A DNA stretch of 64,000 nt from the human T2T-CHM13v2.0 reference genome, Homo sapiens, in the NCBI RefSeq assembly GCF_009914755.1, contig NC_060938.1, one strand, 5' to 3'. A program made the translations under genes and the position numbers. Within the stretch, counting starts at the first letter, position 1. Every line of letters starts with the position of its first letter. A model generated the notes under the pieces. That model was not told the origin of the DNA. It saw nothing but the letters and a program-made list of their open reading frames with translations, and did not search any database. This document shows, in pieces, positions 22,582 to 37,000 of the stretch.

Positions 22582-23195
22582 CGGTGAGAACTGGGACAGC
22601 CCGTCCCACCCCAGAAGGGTCCCAGGGCTTCGAGGTCTGGGGCCGGGGAGTGGTGGGGTGTTGGGGGAGGGCGTGGTGATGGTGGTGGTGGGGCCGGAGA
22701 GACGAAGCGGAAGGGGGTAAGGGAAAGGGGTGAGGGGGGCGCGTTTCTTTGCCTGGCTCACCTGACCTCTCCAGGAATCCCATGGGAACTGGAAGCCACT
22801 CTCTGAGCTCCCACGCGTCCTCAGCAGGGAGAAACCGACATGGGAGGGTGGAGGGGAGTGAGGAAGTGAACCTCCATGGGAGTCTTGAGTGTTCCAGGCC
22901 CTCTCTACGTGAAGGAGGCAGTGCCTGTGGGTGTCACCGTTACCGGGACAGTCTCACACACTCAGGCGTGTGGCTCTCGTTCATTTCCACGTAGGAGACC
23001 AGAGAGAGACCCCAGAGAGAAGATGCCTCCCCGGTGGGATTGCCTGACGATGTTTTCCCGTCTGCGGCAACATGGGGAGTCTTCAGTGTGGCCGGTTTGG
23101 AAACTGGCAAGGAGAGCAAAGGCACCATGTCGGTCTTCCACCCTTCCCTGCATGTTTCCGGGTGCCCGCAGAACTCCGGGAGCAAACAGTCAGCA

Positions 23196-26100
23196 TGACA
23201 CACCTCTGAACTGATCAAAAAAAGTGATGTAACAGTTGTCTAGGCTCTGCCGACAGGGGCTTTGTGACATATCTCTGCACTGATCACCCAGATGATGGGA
23301 CTTTTGTCTAGGCTCTGCATATGGGGGCATTGTGACATATGTCTACAGTGATCACCCAGGTGATGTAATTCTTGTGTTGGATCTGCCTATGGGGGCATTG
23401 TGACATATTTCTGCACTGATCACCCAGGTGATAGGACTCTAGTCTAGGCTCTCTGTATGGGGGCTTTGGGACATATCTGTGCACTGATAACCCAGTTGAT
23501 GTAACTCTTGACTAGGCTCTGCCTACAGGGCATAGTCACATATCACTGCATTGATCACTGAGGTGATGTAACTCTTGTCCAGGCTCTGCCTATAGAGGGC
23601 CTTGTGACATATCTCTGCACTGATCATCTAGGAGATGTAACTCTTGCTTCCGCTCTGCCTGCAGGGGCATTGTGAAATATCTCTGCACTGATCACCCAGC
23701 TGATGGGACTCTTCTTTAGGCTCTGCCTACTGAGGGCATTGTCACATATTTCTGCACTGATCACCAGGTGAAGGATTCTTGTCTTGGATTTGCCTATGGG
23801 GGCATTGTGACATATCTCTGCACTGATCACTCAGGTGATGTAACTCTGCTCTAAGCTCTGCCTAAAGGGGCATTGTGACAGATCTCTGCACTGATCACTC
23901 AGGTGATGTAACTATTGTCTAGGCTCTGCTTAAAGAGGCCTTGTCACATACCTCTGCACTGATCACCCAGGTGATGTAACTCTTGTCTAGGCTCTGCTTA
24001 CAGCCGGTATTGACTTATCTCTGCACTGATCACCGAAGTGGTGTAACACTTGTGTAAGCTCTGCCTACAGGGGCATTTTGACATATCTCTGCACTGTTAA
24101 CAGAGGTGATGTAACTCTTGTCTAGGCTGTGCCCACAGGGGGATTTAGACATATCTCTGCACTGATCCCGAGGTGATCCAACTCTTGCCTTGTCTCTGCC
24201 TACTGGGGACATTGTGACATATCTCTGCAGGGATATCCCAGGGGCTGTAACTTTAGTCTAGGCTCTGGCTACACGGCATTCTGACATATCACTGCAATGA
24301 TCACTCAGGTGATATAAATCTTGTCTAGGCTCTGCCTACAGGGGGCTGGTGACATATCTCTGCACTGATCACCCAGATGATATAACTCTTCTGTAGGAGC
24401 TGCCCACAGGGTGCTTTGTGACATATCTCTGCAAAGATCACCCAGGTGATATACCACTTGTCAAGGCTCTGCCTAGAGGGGCATTGGGATGTATCTCTGC
24501 ACTGAAAACCGAGGTCATGTAACTCTTGTCTAGGCTCTGCCTACAGTGGCATTGTGACATAAACCTGCACTGATCACCGCGGTGATGTAACTATTTTCTA
24601 GGATCTGCCTACAGGGTACATTTTGACATATCCCTTCAATGATCACCCAGGTGATGTACCACTGGTCAAGGATCTGCTTAGAGGGACATTATGTTGTATC
24701 TCTGCACTGATCACCTAGGTCATGCAACACTTGTCTAGGCTCTGCCTACAGTGGCATTGTGACATATCTCTGCACTGATAATCCAAGTGATGTAACTCTT
24801 GTCTAGGATCTGCCTAAAGGGCCTTTGTGACATAACTCTGCACTGATCATCCAGGTGATGAGGCTTTTGTCTAGGATCTGCTAAGGGGGTATTGTGACAT
24901 ATGTCTGCACTGATCACCCAGGTGATGTAACTGTTGTATAAGCTCTGCCTACAGGGGAATTGTGAGAGATCTCGCCTCTGATCACCCAAGTGATGTAACT
25001 ATTCTCTCAGCTTTGCCTACAGGGGGCTTTGTGACATACCATTGCACTGATCAGCCAGGTGATGTAACTCATCTAAGTTCTGCCTACAGGAGCTTTGTGA
25101 CATATCTCTGCACTGATCACGTAGGTGATGAAACAATTTAAAAGCACTGCCTACAGGGAATTTTGACAAATCTCTGCACGGATCACCTAGGTGATGTAAC
25201 TCTTGTCTACCATCTGCCCAAAGGGGGCATTGGGAAATATATCTGCACTGATCACCCAGGTGATTCAACTCTTTTCTAGGATCTGCTTACAGGGGGTATT
25301 GTGAAATATCTCTGCACTGATCAACTAGGTGATGTAACTCTTGTCTAGGCTCTGCCAAGAGGGGCGTTTTCAAATATCCCTGAACTGATGACAAAGGTGA
25401 TGTAACTCTTGCCTAGGCTTTGCCTACAGGGGACATTGTGAGATATCTCTGCACTGATCAACCTGGTGATGCAACTCTTCTCTATGCTCTGCCTACAGGG
25501 GGCATTGTAACATATCTCTTCACTGATCACCCAGGTGATGGAACTCTTTTATAGTCTCTGCCTACAGAGGGCATTGTGACATCACTCTGCACGAATCACC
25601 TGGGTTATGTAACTCTTGTCTAGGCTCTGCCTATGGAGGCATTGTGTCTTATCTCTGCACTGATCACCCAGAAAATGTGACTATTGTCTAAGCTCTGCCT
25701 AGAGGGACATTGGGACATGTCTATGCACAGATCGCTGAGGTGACGCAGAACAAGTCTAGGCTTTGCCAACAGTTTGATTTATGACATAACTCTGCACTGA
25801 TCACCCAGGTGATGTAACTTTTGTCTAGGCTCTTCTTACAGGGGGTAGTGGGGGATATCTCTGCACTGATCACCCAGGTGATGTAACTCTTGTCTAGGCT
25901 CTGCCTACAGGGGCATTTTAATATATCACTGCACTGATCACCATGATGATGTAACTCTTGTACAGGCTTCGCCGACAGGGGGCATTGAGACATATCACTG
26001 CACTGATCACCGAGGTGATGCAACGCTTGTCTGGGATCTGCTTACAGGGGGCATTGTGATATATCTCTGCCCTGATCACCCAGGTGATGTAACTCTTGTC

Positions 26101-27950
26101 TAGGCTCTGTCTAGTGGAGACATTGTGACATATATCCTCACTGATCATCCAGCTGATGGGGCTTTTGTCTAGGCTGCACCTAAGGGGGCATTGTGACATG
26201 TTTCTGCACTGATCATCCACGTGACGGACCCTTTACATGGATCTGCCTATGGGGGCATTGGGACAAATCTCTGCACTGATAACCCAGGTGATGTAACTGT
26301 TGTATAACCTCTGCCGACAGGGGAATTGTGAGAGATCGCGCCACTAATCTCCCAAGTGATGTAACTATTGTCTAGGCTTTGCCTACAGGGTGCATTGTGA
26401 CATACCTTTTCACTGATCACCTAGGTGATGTAACTCATCTAAGTTCTGCCTACAGGAGCTTTGTGACATATCTCTGCACTGATCCCTTAGGTGATGTAAC
26501 ACTTTTATAAGCAATGCCTGCAGGGAATTTTGACAAACCTCTGCACTGATCACATAGGTTATGTAACTCTTGTCTACCCTCTGTCCAAAGGGGGCAGTGT
26601 GAAATATCTCTGCACTGATCACCTAGGTGATTCAGCTCTTGTCTAGGATCTGCCTACAGGGGTATTGTGAAATATCAGAGCGCTGATCAGCTAGGCGATG
26701 TAACTCTTCTCTAGGCTCTTCCTACAGGGGAGATTTCACATATCCCTGAACTAATGAGAAAGGTGATGTAACTCTTGCCTAGGCTTTGCCTACAGGGGAC
26801 ATTGTGACATATCTCTGCACTGATCACCCAGGTAATGCAACTCTTTTCTATGCTCTGCCTACAGATACATTGTGCCATAACTCTGCACTGATCACCCAGG
26901 TGATGCAACCCTTCTCTATGCTCTGCCTGCAGGGGGCATTGTGACATATCTCTGCACTGATCACCCAGGTGATGTAACCTTTTTCTAGTCTCTGCCTACA
27001 GAGGGCGATGTGACACCACTCTGCACGGATCACCCGGGTTATGTAACTCCTGTCTAGTCTCTGCCTATGGGTGCATTGTGATTTATCTCTGCACTGATCA
27101 CCTAGGAGATGTGACCCTTGTCTAAGCTCTGCCTGGAGGGACATTGGGACTTATCTCTTCACTGATCACTGAGGTGATGTAAAACATGTCTAGGCTTTGC
27201 CTACAGTGGGATTTATGACTTATCTCTGCACTGATCACCCCGGTGATGTAACTCTTGTCTAGGCTCTGCTTACAGGGGGTATTGTGAGATATCTCTGCAC
27301 TGCTCACCCAGGTGATGTAACCCTTGTCTAGCCTCTGCTTACAGGGGTATTGGGAGATATCTCTGCACTTATCACCCAGGTTATGTAACTCTTGTCTAGG
27401 CTCTGCCTACAGGGGCATTTTAACATATCAGTGCACTGATCACCATGATGATGTAACTCTTGTATAGGCTTCGCCGACAGGGGGCATTGAGACATATCAC
27501 TGCACTGATCACCGAGGTGATGCAACTCTGGTCTATGATCTGCTTACAGGGGGCATTGTGACATATATCTGCCCTGATCACCCAGGTGATGTAACTCTTG
27601 TCTAGGCTCTGCCTAGTGGAGACATTGTGACATATCTCCGCACTGATCACCCAGGTGATGTCCCTTTTGTCAAGGATATGGCTACAGGGACATTGACATG
27701 TCACTGCACTCATCACACAGCTGATGTAACTCTTTTCTAGGCTCTGGCTACAGGGGCCTTGTGACACATCTCTGCACTGATCACACAGGTGATGTAACCC
27801 TTGTCTAGGCTCTGCCAAAAAGGGGCTTTGTGACATAATTCTGCACTGATCACCCAGGTGATGGGACTCTTGTCTACGTTCTGCTTACAGGTGCATTGTG
27901 ACATGTCTCTGCAGTGATCACACAGCTGATGTAACACTTGTCTAGGCTCT
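23196..27950 (-). repeat. Beta satellite array, reverse orientation
   Basis: Tandem 68-bp monomers up to the strand switch. Confidence 0.95.
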
Positions 27951-28012
27951 TGCTAGATCTTCTGCCTAGATCACACACCTAGGCTAGCCGATGACCTAGA
28001 CTGATTGCCTAG
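27951..28012. other. Right inversion breakpoint with CTAG-rich scrambled filler
   Basis: Satellite orientation flips across ~60 bp made of short (c)ctag(a) fragments. Confidence 0.85.
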
Positions 28013-31000
28013 ATGTCCCTCTAGGCAGAGCTTAGACAAGAGTCACATCTCCTGGGTGATCAGTGCAGAGATAAGTCACAATGCCCCCATAGGCATAACC
28101 TAGACGAGAGATACATAACCCGGGTGATCCGTGCAGAGTGATGTCACAACGCCCTCTGTAGGCAGAGACTAGAAAAGAGTTACATCACCTGTTGATCAGT
28201 ACAGAGATAAGTCACAATGATCCCTGTAGGCAGAGCATAGAGAAGAATTGCGTCACCTGGGTGATCAGTGCAGGGATATGTCACAATGTCCTCTGTAGGC
28301 AAAGCCTAGGCAAGAGTTACATCACCTTTGTCATCAGTTCAGGGATATGTGAAAACGCCCCTGTAGGCAGAGCCTACACACGAGTTACATCACCTAGTTG
28401 ATCACTGCAGAGATATTTCACCATACCCCCTGTAGGCAGATACTAGACAAGAGTTGAATCACCTGGGTGATCGGTGCACAGATATTTCACAATGCCCCCT
28501 TTGGCTAGAGGATAGACAAGAGTTACATCACCTAGGTGATCCGTGCAGAGATTTGTCAAAATTCCCTGTAGGCAGTGGTTATACATCACCTAAGTGATCA
28601 GTGCAGAGATATGTCACAAAGCTCCTGCAGGCAGAAATTAGATGAGTTACATCACCTGGGAGATCAGTGCAAAGGTATGTCACAAAGCCCCATGTAGGCA
28701 AAGTCTAGACAATAGTTACATCACTTGGGTGATCAGTGGCGAGACCTCTCACAATTCCCCTGTAGGCAGAGCTTACACAACAGTTACATCACCTGGGTGA
28801 TCAGTGCAGAGATATGTCACAATGCCCCCATAGGCAGATCCAAGACAAGTGTCCATCACCTGGGTGATCAGTGCAGAGATATGTGAGAATTCCGGTGTAG
28901 GCAGAGCCTAGAGAAGTGTTACATCACCTAGGTCATCAGTGCAGATATAAGTCATAAAGCCTCCTGTAGCAGAGCGTAGACAAGTGTTCCCTCCCCAGGA
29001 TGTTCAGTGCAGAGATGTGTCACAAAGCCCCTGTAAGCAGAGCCTAGGCAAGAGTTTCATCACTTGGTTGATCAGTTCAGAGATGTGTCACAATGTCCAT
29101 GTAGGCAGATCTAAGACAAGAGTCCATCACCTGGGTGATCAGGGCAGAGATATGTACCAATGTCCCCTGTAGGCAGTGCCTAGACAAGAGTTGTATCACC
29201 TCAGAGATCAGTGCAGAGATATTTCACAAAGCCTTCTGTAGGCAAAGCCCATACAAGGCTGACATCACCTAAGTTATCAGTGCAGTGATATGTCAAAAAA
29301 ATCCCTGTAGACAGAGCCTAGAAAAGAGGTACAACACCTGGGTGATCAGTGCAGATATTTGACACAATTCTCACATAGACAAAGCCTAGATAAGACTTCA
29401 ACCACCTTGGTGATCAGTGCAGAGATATGTCACAAATCCCCCTCTAGCAGAGTATAGAGAAGAGTCCCATTAGCTGGGTGATCAGTGCAGAGATATTTCA
29501 CAATGCCCCCCATAGGTAGAGAGTGGACAAGAGTTACATAACTTAGGTGATCTGTGCAGAGCTATGTCAACACCCCCCTGTAGCCAGAGCCTATTTAAAT
29601 GTTACATCGCCTGGATGATCAGTGCAGAGATATGTCACAATACCCCCTGTAGGTGGAGCCTAGACAATAGTCCCATCACCTGGGTGATCAGTGCAGAGAT
29701 ATGTCACAAAGCTGCTGTAGGCCGAGCCTAGACAAGAGTTGTTACATCTCCTGGGTGATCAGTGCAAAGATATGTCACAAAGCCCCCTGTAGACAAATCC
29801 CAGAAAACTGTCACATCACCTGTGTGATCAGTGGAGATATCTGTCACAATTCCCCTTCAGGCGCAGCTTAGACAAGCACTAAATCACCTGAGTGATCAGT
29901 GCAGAGATATGTCACAATGCCCCCATAGGCAGATCCAAGACAAGAGTCCGTCACCTGGGTGATCAGTGCGGAAACATGTCACAATGCAACCTTCGGTAGA
30001 GCCTAGAAAAAAGCCCCATCATTTGGATGATCAGTGCGGAATTATGTCACAAAGTCCCTTTAGGCAGATCCTACACAAGGGTTACATCTCTTGGATGATC
30101 AGTGCAGAGATATGTCACAATACATCCTGTAAGCAGAGCCTAGACAAGAGTTACATCACCTGGGTGTACAGTGCAGAGATATGTCAAAAGCCCTCTGTAG
30201 TCAGAGCCTAGAAAAGATTTACACAAACTGGGTGAACAGTGAAGTGATATGTCACAGTGCCGTGTAGCCAGAGCCTAGACTAAAGTTACAGCACCTGGGA
30301 GATCAGTGCAGAGGTATGTCACCATGTCCCCAGTAGGCAGAGACAAGGCAAGAGTTGGATGACCTCGGGATCAGTGCAGAGATATGTCTAAATCCTCCTG
30401 TGGGCACAGCCTAGACAAGAGTTACATCAGCTCGTTTAACAGAGCAGACATGTCAAAATGCCCCTGTAGGCAGAGCCTACACAATTGTTACATCACTTAG
30501 GTGATCAGTGCAGAGATATGTCACAATACACCCTGTAAGCAGAGCCTAGACAAGAGTTACATCACCTGGGTGATCAGTGCAGAGATCAGTCAAAATGCCC
30601 ATTTAGGCAGAGCTTAGACCAGAGTTACATCACCTGTGTGATCAGTGCAGAGATATGTCCCAATGTCCCTCTAGGCAGAGCTTAGACAAGAGTCACATCT
30701 CCTGGGTAATCAGTGCAGAGATAAGTCACAATGCCCATATAGGCAGAGCCTAGATGAGAGTTACATAACCAGGGTGAACCGTGCAGTGTGATGTCACAAC
30801 GCCCTCTGAAGGCAGAGACTAGAAAAGAGTTACATCACCTGGGTTATCAGTGCAGAGATATGTCTCAATGTCCCCTGTAGGCAGAGCATAGAGAAGACTT
30901 GCATCACCTGGATGATCAGTGCAGAGATATGTCACAATGTCCCCTGTAGGCAAAGCCTAGGCAAGAGTTACAACACCTTTGTCATCAGTTCAGGGATATG

Positions 31001-34000
31001 TGAAAACGCCCCTGTAGGCAGAGCCTAGACAAGAGTATACATGCCCTAGTTGATCAGTGCAGAGTTATTTCACCATACCCCCTGTAGGCCGATCCTAGAC
31101 AAGAGTTGAATCACCTGGGTGATCAGTGCAGAGATATTTCACAATGCCCCCTTTGGGCCGAGGGTAGACAAGAGTTACATCACCTAGGTGATACGTGCAG
31201 AGATTTGTCAAAATTCCCTGTAGGCAGTGCTTATAAAACTGTTACATCACCTAAGTGATCAGTGCAGAGATATGTCACAAAACTCCTGGAGGCAGAAATT
31301 AGATGAGTTACATCACCTGGGTGATCAGTGCAAATGTATGTCAGAAACCCCCCTGTAGGCAAAACCTAGACAATAGTTACTTCACTTGGGTGATCAGTGG
31401 CGAGATCTCTCACAATTCCCCTTTAGGCAGAGCTTATACAACAGTTGCATCACCTGGGTGATCAGTGCAGAAATATGTCACAATGTCCCCATAGACAGAT
31501 CCAAGACAAGAGTCCGTCACCTGGGTGATCAGTGCAGAAACACGTCACAATGCCACCTTAGGCAGAGCCTAGACAAAAGCCCCATCACCTGGATGATCAG
31601 TGCAGAGTTATGTCACAAAGTGCCTTTAGGCAGATCCTAGAAAAGAGTTACATCACTTGGATGATCAGTGCAGAGATACGTCACAATGCCACTGTAGGCA
31701 GAGCCTAGACAAGAGTTACATGACCTAGGTGATCAGTGCAGATATATATCACATTTTCCCTCTATGCGGAGCCTTGAGAAGTGGTATATCACATGGGTGA
31801 TCATTGCAGGGATATGTCACAAAGCACCCTGTAGGAAGACCCTAGAGAATAGTTACATCGCCTGGGGGATCAGTGCTGACATATGTCACAATGCCACTGT
31901 AGGCAGGGCCTAGAAAAGAGTTACTTGACCTGGGGGATCAGTGCCAAGATATGCCACAATGCCACTGTAGGCAGAGCCTAGACAAGGGTTACATGACCTA
32001 GGTAATCAGTGCAGAGAAACATCGCAATGCCCCTGTAGGCAGATGCTTGATAAGTTGTATACCTCCTGGGTGATCATTGCAGGGATATGTCACAAAGCAC
32101 CCTGTAGGCAGATCCTAGAGCATAGTTATATCACCTGGGTGATCAGTGCAGGGATATGTCACGAGCCCCCTGTAGGCAGAGCCTAGAAAAGAGTTATATC
32201 ACCTGGGTGATCAGTGAAGTGATATGTAACAATGCCGTTTAGCCAGAGCCTAGACTAAAGTTACAGCACCTGGGAGATCAGTGCAGAGATATGTCACCTT
32301 GTCCCCAGTAGGCAGAGACCAGGCAAGATTTGGATCACCTCTGGATCACCTGCAGAGATATGTCTCAATACCCCTGAGGACACAGACTAGAAAAGAGTTA
32401 CATCACCTCGATTAACAGTGCAGAGATATGTCAAAATGCCCCTGTAGGAAGAGCCTACACAAGTGTTACATCACTTAGGTGATCAGTACAGAGATATGTC
32501 ACAATATCCCTTGTAAGCAGAGCCTAGAAAAGAGTTACATCACCTAGATGATCAGTTCAGAGATATGTCACAAGCCCCCCAATAGGCAGAGCCTGGACAA
32601 GAGTTACATAACCACAGTGATCAATGCAGTGATATGTCACTATGCCCTGTAGGCAGAGCCTAGTCAACTGTAACATCACCTGGGTGATCAGTGCAGAGAT
32701 ATGTCACAAAGCCCCAAACATAGAGCCTAGACAAGAGTCCAATCACCTGGGTGATCAGTGCAGAAATATGTCAAAATACCCCCATAGGCAGAGCCTAGAC
32801 AAAAGTCCCATCACCTGGGTGATCAGTGGAGATATCTGTCACAATTCCCCTTCAGGTGCAGCTTAGAGAAGCGTTACATCACATGAGTGATCAGTGCAGA
32901 GATATATCACTATGCCTCCATAGGCAGATCCAACACAAGAGTCCATCACCTGGGTGATCAGTGCAGAAATATGCCACAATGCCGCCAGTAGGCAGATATA
33001 GACAAGAGTTACGTCACCTGTGTGATCAATGCAGAGATATGTCACAATGCCCCTGTAGGCAGAGCCTAGACAAGAGTCTCATCACCTGGGTGATCAGTGC
33101 AAAGTTATGTCACAATGCCCCCTTTTGACAGAGCCTAGACAAGGGTTACACAACCTGGGTGACCAGTGCAGAGATGTGTCACAAGACCCCTGTATCCAGA
33201 GCCTACACAAGGGTTACATCAGCTGTGTGATCAGTGCTGTGACATGTCACAATGTCCCTGTAGCCATATCCTTGAGAAAAGTGACCACCTCAGTGATCAG
33301 TGCCGAGATATGTCAGAATGTCTCCAGTAGGCAGAGCCTAGACACGAGTTACATAACCTGGGTGATCAGGGCAGAGATATTTCACAATGCCCCCTGTAAG
33401 CAGATCCCAGACAAGAGTTGAATCCCCACGGTGATCAGTGCAGAGATATGTCTCAATGTCCCCTGTCGGTGAAGCCTATACAAGGGTTACATCGTCTCGG
33501 TGATCAGTGGAGTGATATGTTAAAATGCCCCTGTAGGCAGAGACTAGACAAGAGTTACATCACCTGGGTGATCAGTGCAGAGATATGTCATAAATCCCAC
33601 TGTCGGCAAAGCCTAGACAAGTTTTACATCACCTCAGCGATCAGTGCAGAGATATGTCCCAATGTCCCTCTAGGCAGAGCTTAGACAAGAGTCACATCTC
33701 CTGGGTGATCAGTGCAGAGATAAGTAACAATGCCCCCGTAGGCAGAGCCTAGACGAGAGTTACGTAACCCGGGTGATCCATGCAGTGTGATGTCACAACG
33801 CCCTCTGTAGGCAGAGACTAGACAACAGTTATATCACCTGGGTGATCAGTGCAGAGATATTTCACAATGACCCTGTAGGCAGAGCATAGAGAAGAGTTGC
33901 ATCACCTGGGTGATCCATGCAGAGATATGTCACAAGCCCCCTGTAGGCAAAGCCTAGACTAGAGTAATATCACCTGGATGATCAGTGCAGTGATATGTCA

Positions 34001-37000
34001 CAATGCCATGTAGCCAGAGCCTATACTAAAGTTACAGCACCTGGGAGATTAGTGAAGAGATATGTCACAATGTCCCCAGTAGGCAGAGTCCAGGCAAGAG
34101 TTGGATCACCTCGGGATCAGTGCAGAGATATGTCTCAATCCCGCTGTGTGCACAGCCTAGAAAAGAGTTACATCGCCTGGGTTAACAGTGCAGAGACATG
34201 TCAAAATGCCCCTGCAGGCCGAGCCTACACAAGTGTTACAACACTTAGGTGATCAGTGAAGAGATACGTCACAATACCCCCTGTAAGCAGAGCCTATACA
34301 AGAGTTACATCACCTGGGTGCTCAGTGCAGAGATATGTGACAAGGCCCCTATAAGCAGAGCCTAGACAATTGTTACATCACCTGGGTGGTGAGTGCAGAG
34401 ATCTGTCAAAATGCCCCTTTAGGCAGAGCTTAGACCAGAGTTACACCACCTGGGTGATCAGTGCAGACATATGTCACAAGTCCCCCAAAGGCAAATCCAA
34501 GACAAGAGTCCGTCACCTGCGTGATCAGTGCAGAAATATGTGACAATGCCCCCAGTAGGCAGAGCCTAGAGAAGAGTCCCATCACCTGGGTGATCAGTGC
34601 AGAAAAATTTCACAATGCCCCTGCAGGCAGAGCGTAAGCAAGAGTTACATCTCCTAGATGATCAATGCAGAGATATGTCACAAGGCCACCTATAGGCAGA
34701 GCCTGGACAAGAGTTACATCACCTCGGTGATCAATGTAGTGATATGTCACTATGTCCCTTAGGCAGAACCTAGTCAAGCGTTACATCACCTGGGTGATTA
34801 TTGCAGAGATATGTCAAATAGCCACCATAAATAGAGCCTAGACAAGAGTCCCATCACCTGGGTGATCAGTGCAGAAATACGTCACAATACACCCATAGGT
34901 AGATCCAACACAAGGGTTACATCACCTGGGTGATCATTGTAGAGATAAGTCACAATGCCCCTTTAGGCAGAGCTTAGACCAGAGTTAAACCGCCTGGGTG
35001 ATCAGTGCAGAAATATGTCACAATGCCCCCATAAGCAAATCCAAGATAAGAGTCCGTCACCTGGGTGATCAGTGCAGAAATATGTGACAATGCCCCCATT
35101 AGGCAGAGACTAGAGAAGAGTCCAATCACCTGGGTGATCAGCGCAGAGAAATTTCACAATGCCCCTGCAGGCAGAGCGTAAGCAAGAGTTACATCACCTA
35201 GATGATCAGTGCAGAGATATGTCACAAAGCTCTGTAGGCGGGGATTAGAAAAGAGTTACATCTCCTGGGTTATCAGTGCAAAGATATGTCACAAACCCCC
35301 TGTAGACAAATACCAGAAGATTGTTACATCACCTGGGTGATCAGTGGAGATAGCTGTCACAATTCCCCTTTAGGCGCAGCTTAGACAAGCGTTACATCAC
35401 ATGAGTGATCAGTGCAGAGATATGACACAATGCCCACTTTAGCAGAGCATAGAGTAGAGATGCATCACCTGAGTGACCAGTGCAGAGATATGTCACAATG
35501 TCTCCTGTAGGCAATGCCTAGGCAAGAGTTACATCACCTTTGTCATCATTTCAGGTATATGTGAAAACACCCCTGTAGGCAGAGCCTAGACAAGAGTTAA
35601 ATCACCTAGTTGATCAGTGCAGAGATATTTCACAATACCCCCTGTAGGCAGATCCAAGACAAGAGTTGAATCATCTGGGTGATCAGTGCAGAGATGTTTC
35701 ACAATGCCCCCTCTGGGCAGAGGGTAAACAAGAGTTACATCACCTAGGTGATACGTGCAGAGATTTGTCAAAATTCCCTGTAGGCAGTGCTTATAAAAGT
35801 GTTACATCACCTAAGTGATCAGTGCAGAGATATGTCACAAAGCCCCATGTAGGCAAAGCCTAGGCAATAGTTACATCATTTGCGTGATCAGTGGCGAGAT
35901 CTCTCACAATTCCCCTGTAGGCAGAGCTTATACAACAGTTACATCACCTGGGTGATCATTGCAGAGATATGTCACAATGCCCACATAGGCAGATCCAAGA
36001 CAAGAGTCCGTCACCTGGGTGATCAGTGCAGAGATATGTGAGAATTCCCGTGTAAGCAGAGCCCAGACAAGTGTTACATCACCTAGGTCATCAGCGCAGG
36101 TGTAAGTCATAAAGCCTCCTGTAGGCAGAGGGTAGACAACAGTTCCCTCCCCAGGGTGATCTGTGCAGAGATGTGTCACAAAGACCCTGTAGGCAGAGCC
36201 TAGACAAGAGTTTCATCACTTGGTTGATCAGTTCAGAGATGTGTCACAATGTCCATGTAGGCAAATCTAAGACAAGAGTACATCACCTGGGTGATCAGTG
36301 CAGAGATATGTACCAATGTCCCTGTAGGCAGTGCCTAGACAAGAGTTGCATGACCTCAGAGATCAGTGCAGAGATATTTCACAAAGCCTTCCGTAGGCAA
36401 AGCCCATACAAGGCTTACATCACCTAGGTGGTCAGTGCAGTGATAAGTCAAAAAAAATCCCTGTAAACAGAGCCTAGAAAAGAGTTACATCACCTGGGTG
36501 ATCAGTGAAGATATTCGACACAATGCCCCCATAGACAAAGCATAGACAAGACTTTCTTCACCTTGTTGATCAGTGCAGAGATATGTCACAAATCCCCCTC
36601 TAGGCAGAGAATAGAGAACAGTCCCATCACCTGGGTGATCAGTGCAGAGATATTTCACAATGCCCCCTGTAGGCAGAGAGTTGACATGATTTACATAACC
36701 TAGGTGATCTGTGCAGAGCTATGTCAAAACGCCCTTGTAGGCAGAGCCTAGATAAATGTTACATCACGTGGGTGATCAGTGCAGAGATACTTCACATTAA
36801 CACCTGTAGGTGGAGCCTTGACAAGATTTACATCAACTGGGTGATCAATGCAGAGATATGTCACAAAGCCCCTTTAGGCAGAGCCTAAGCAAGAGTTACA
36901 TCACCTGGGTGATCAGTGCAGAAATATGTCACAAAGCCACTGTAGGCCGAGCGTAGACAAGAGTCGTTACATGTCCTGGGTGATCAGTGCAAAGTTAAGT

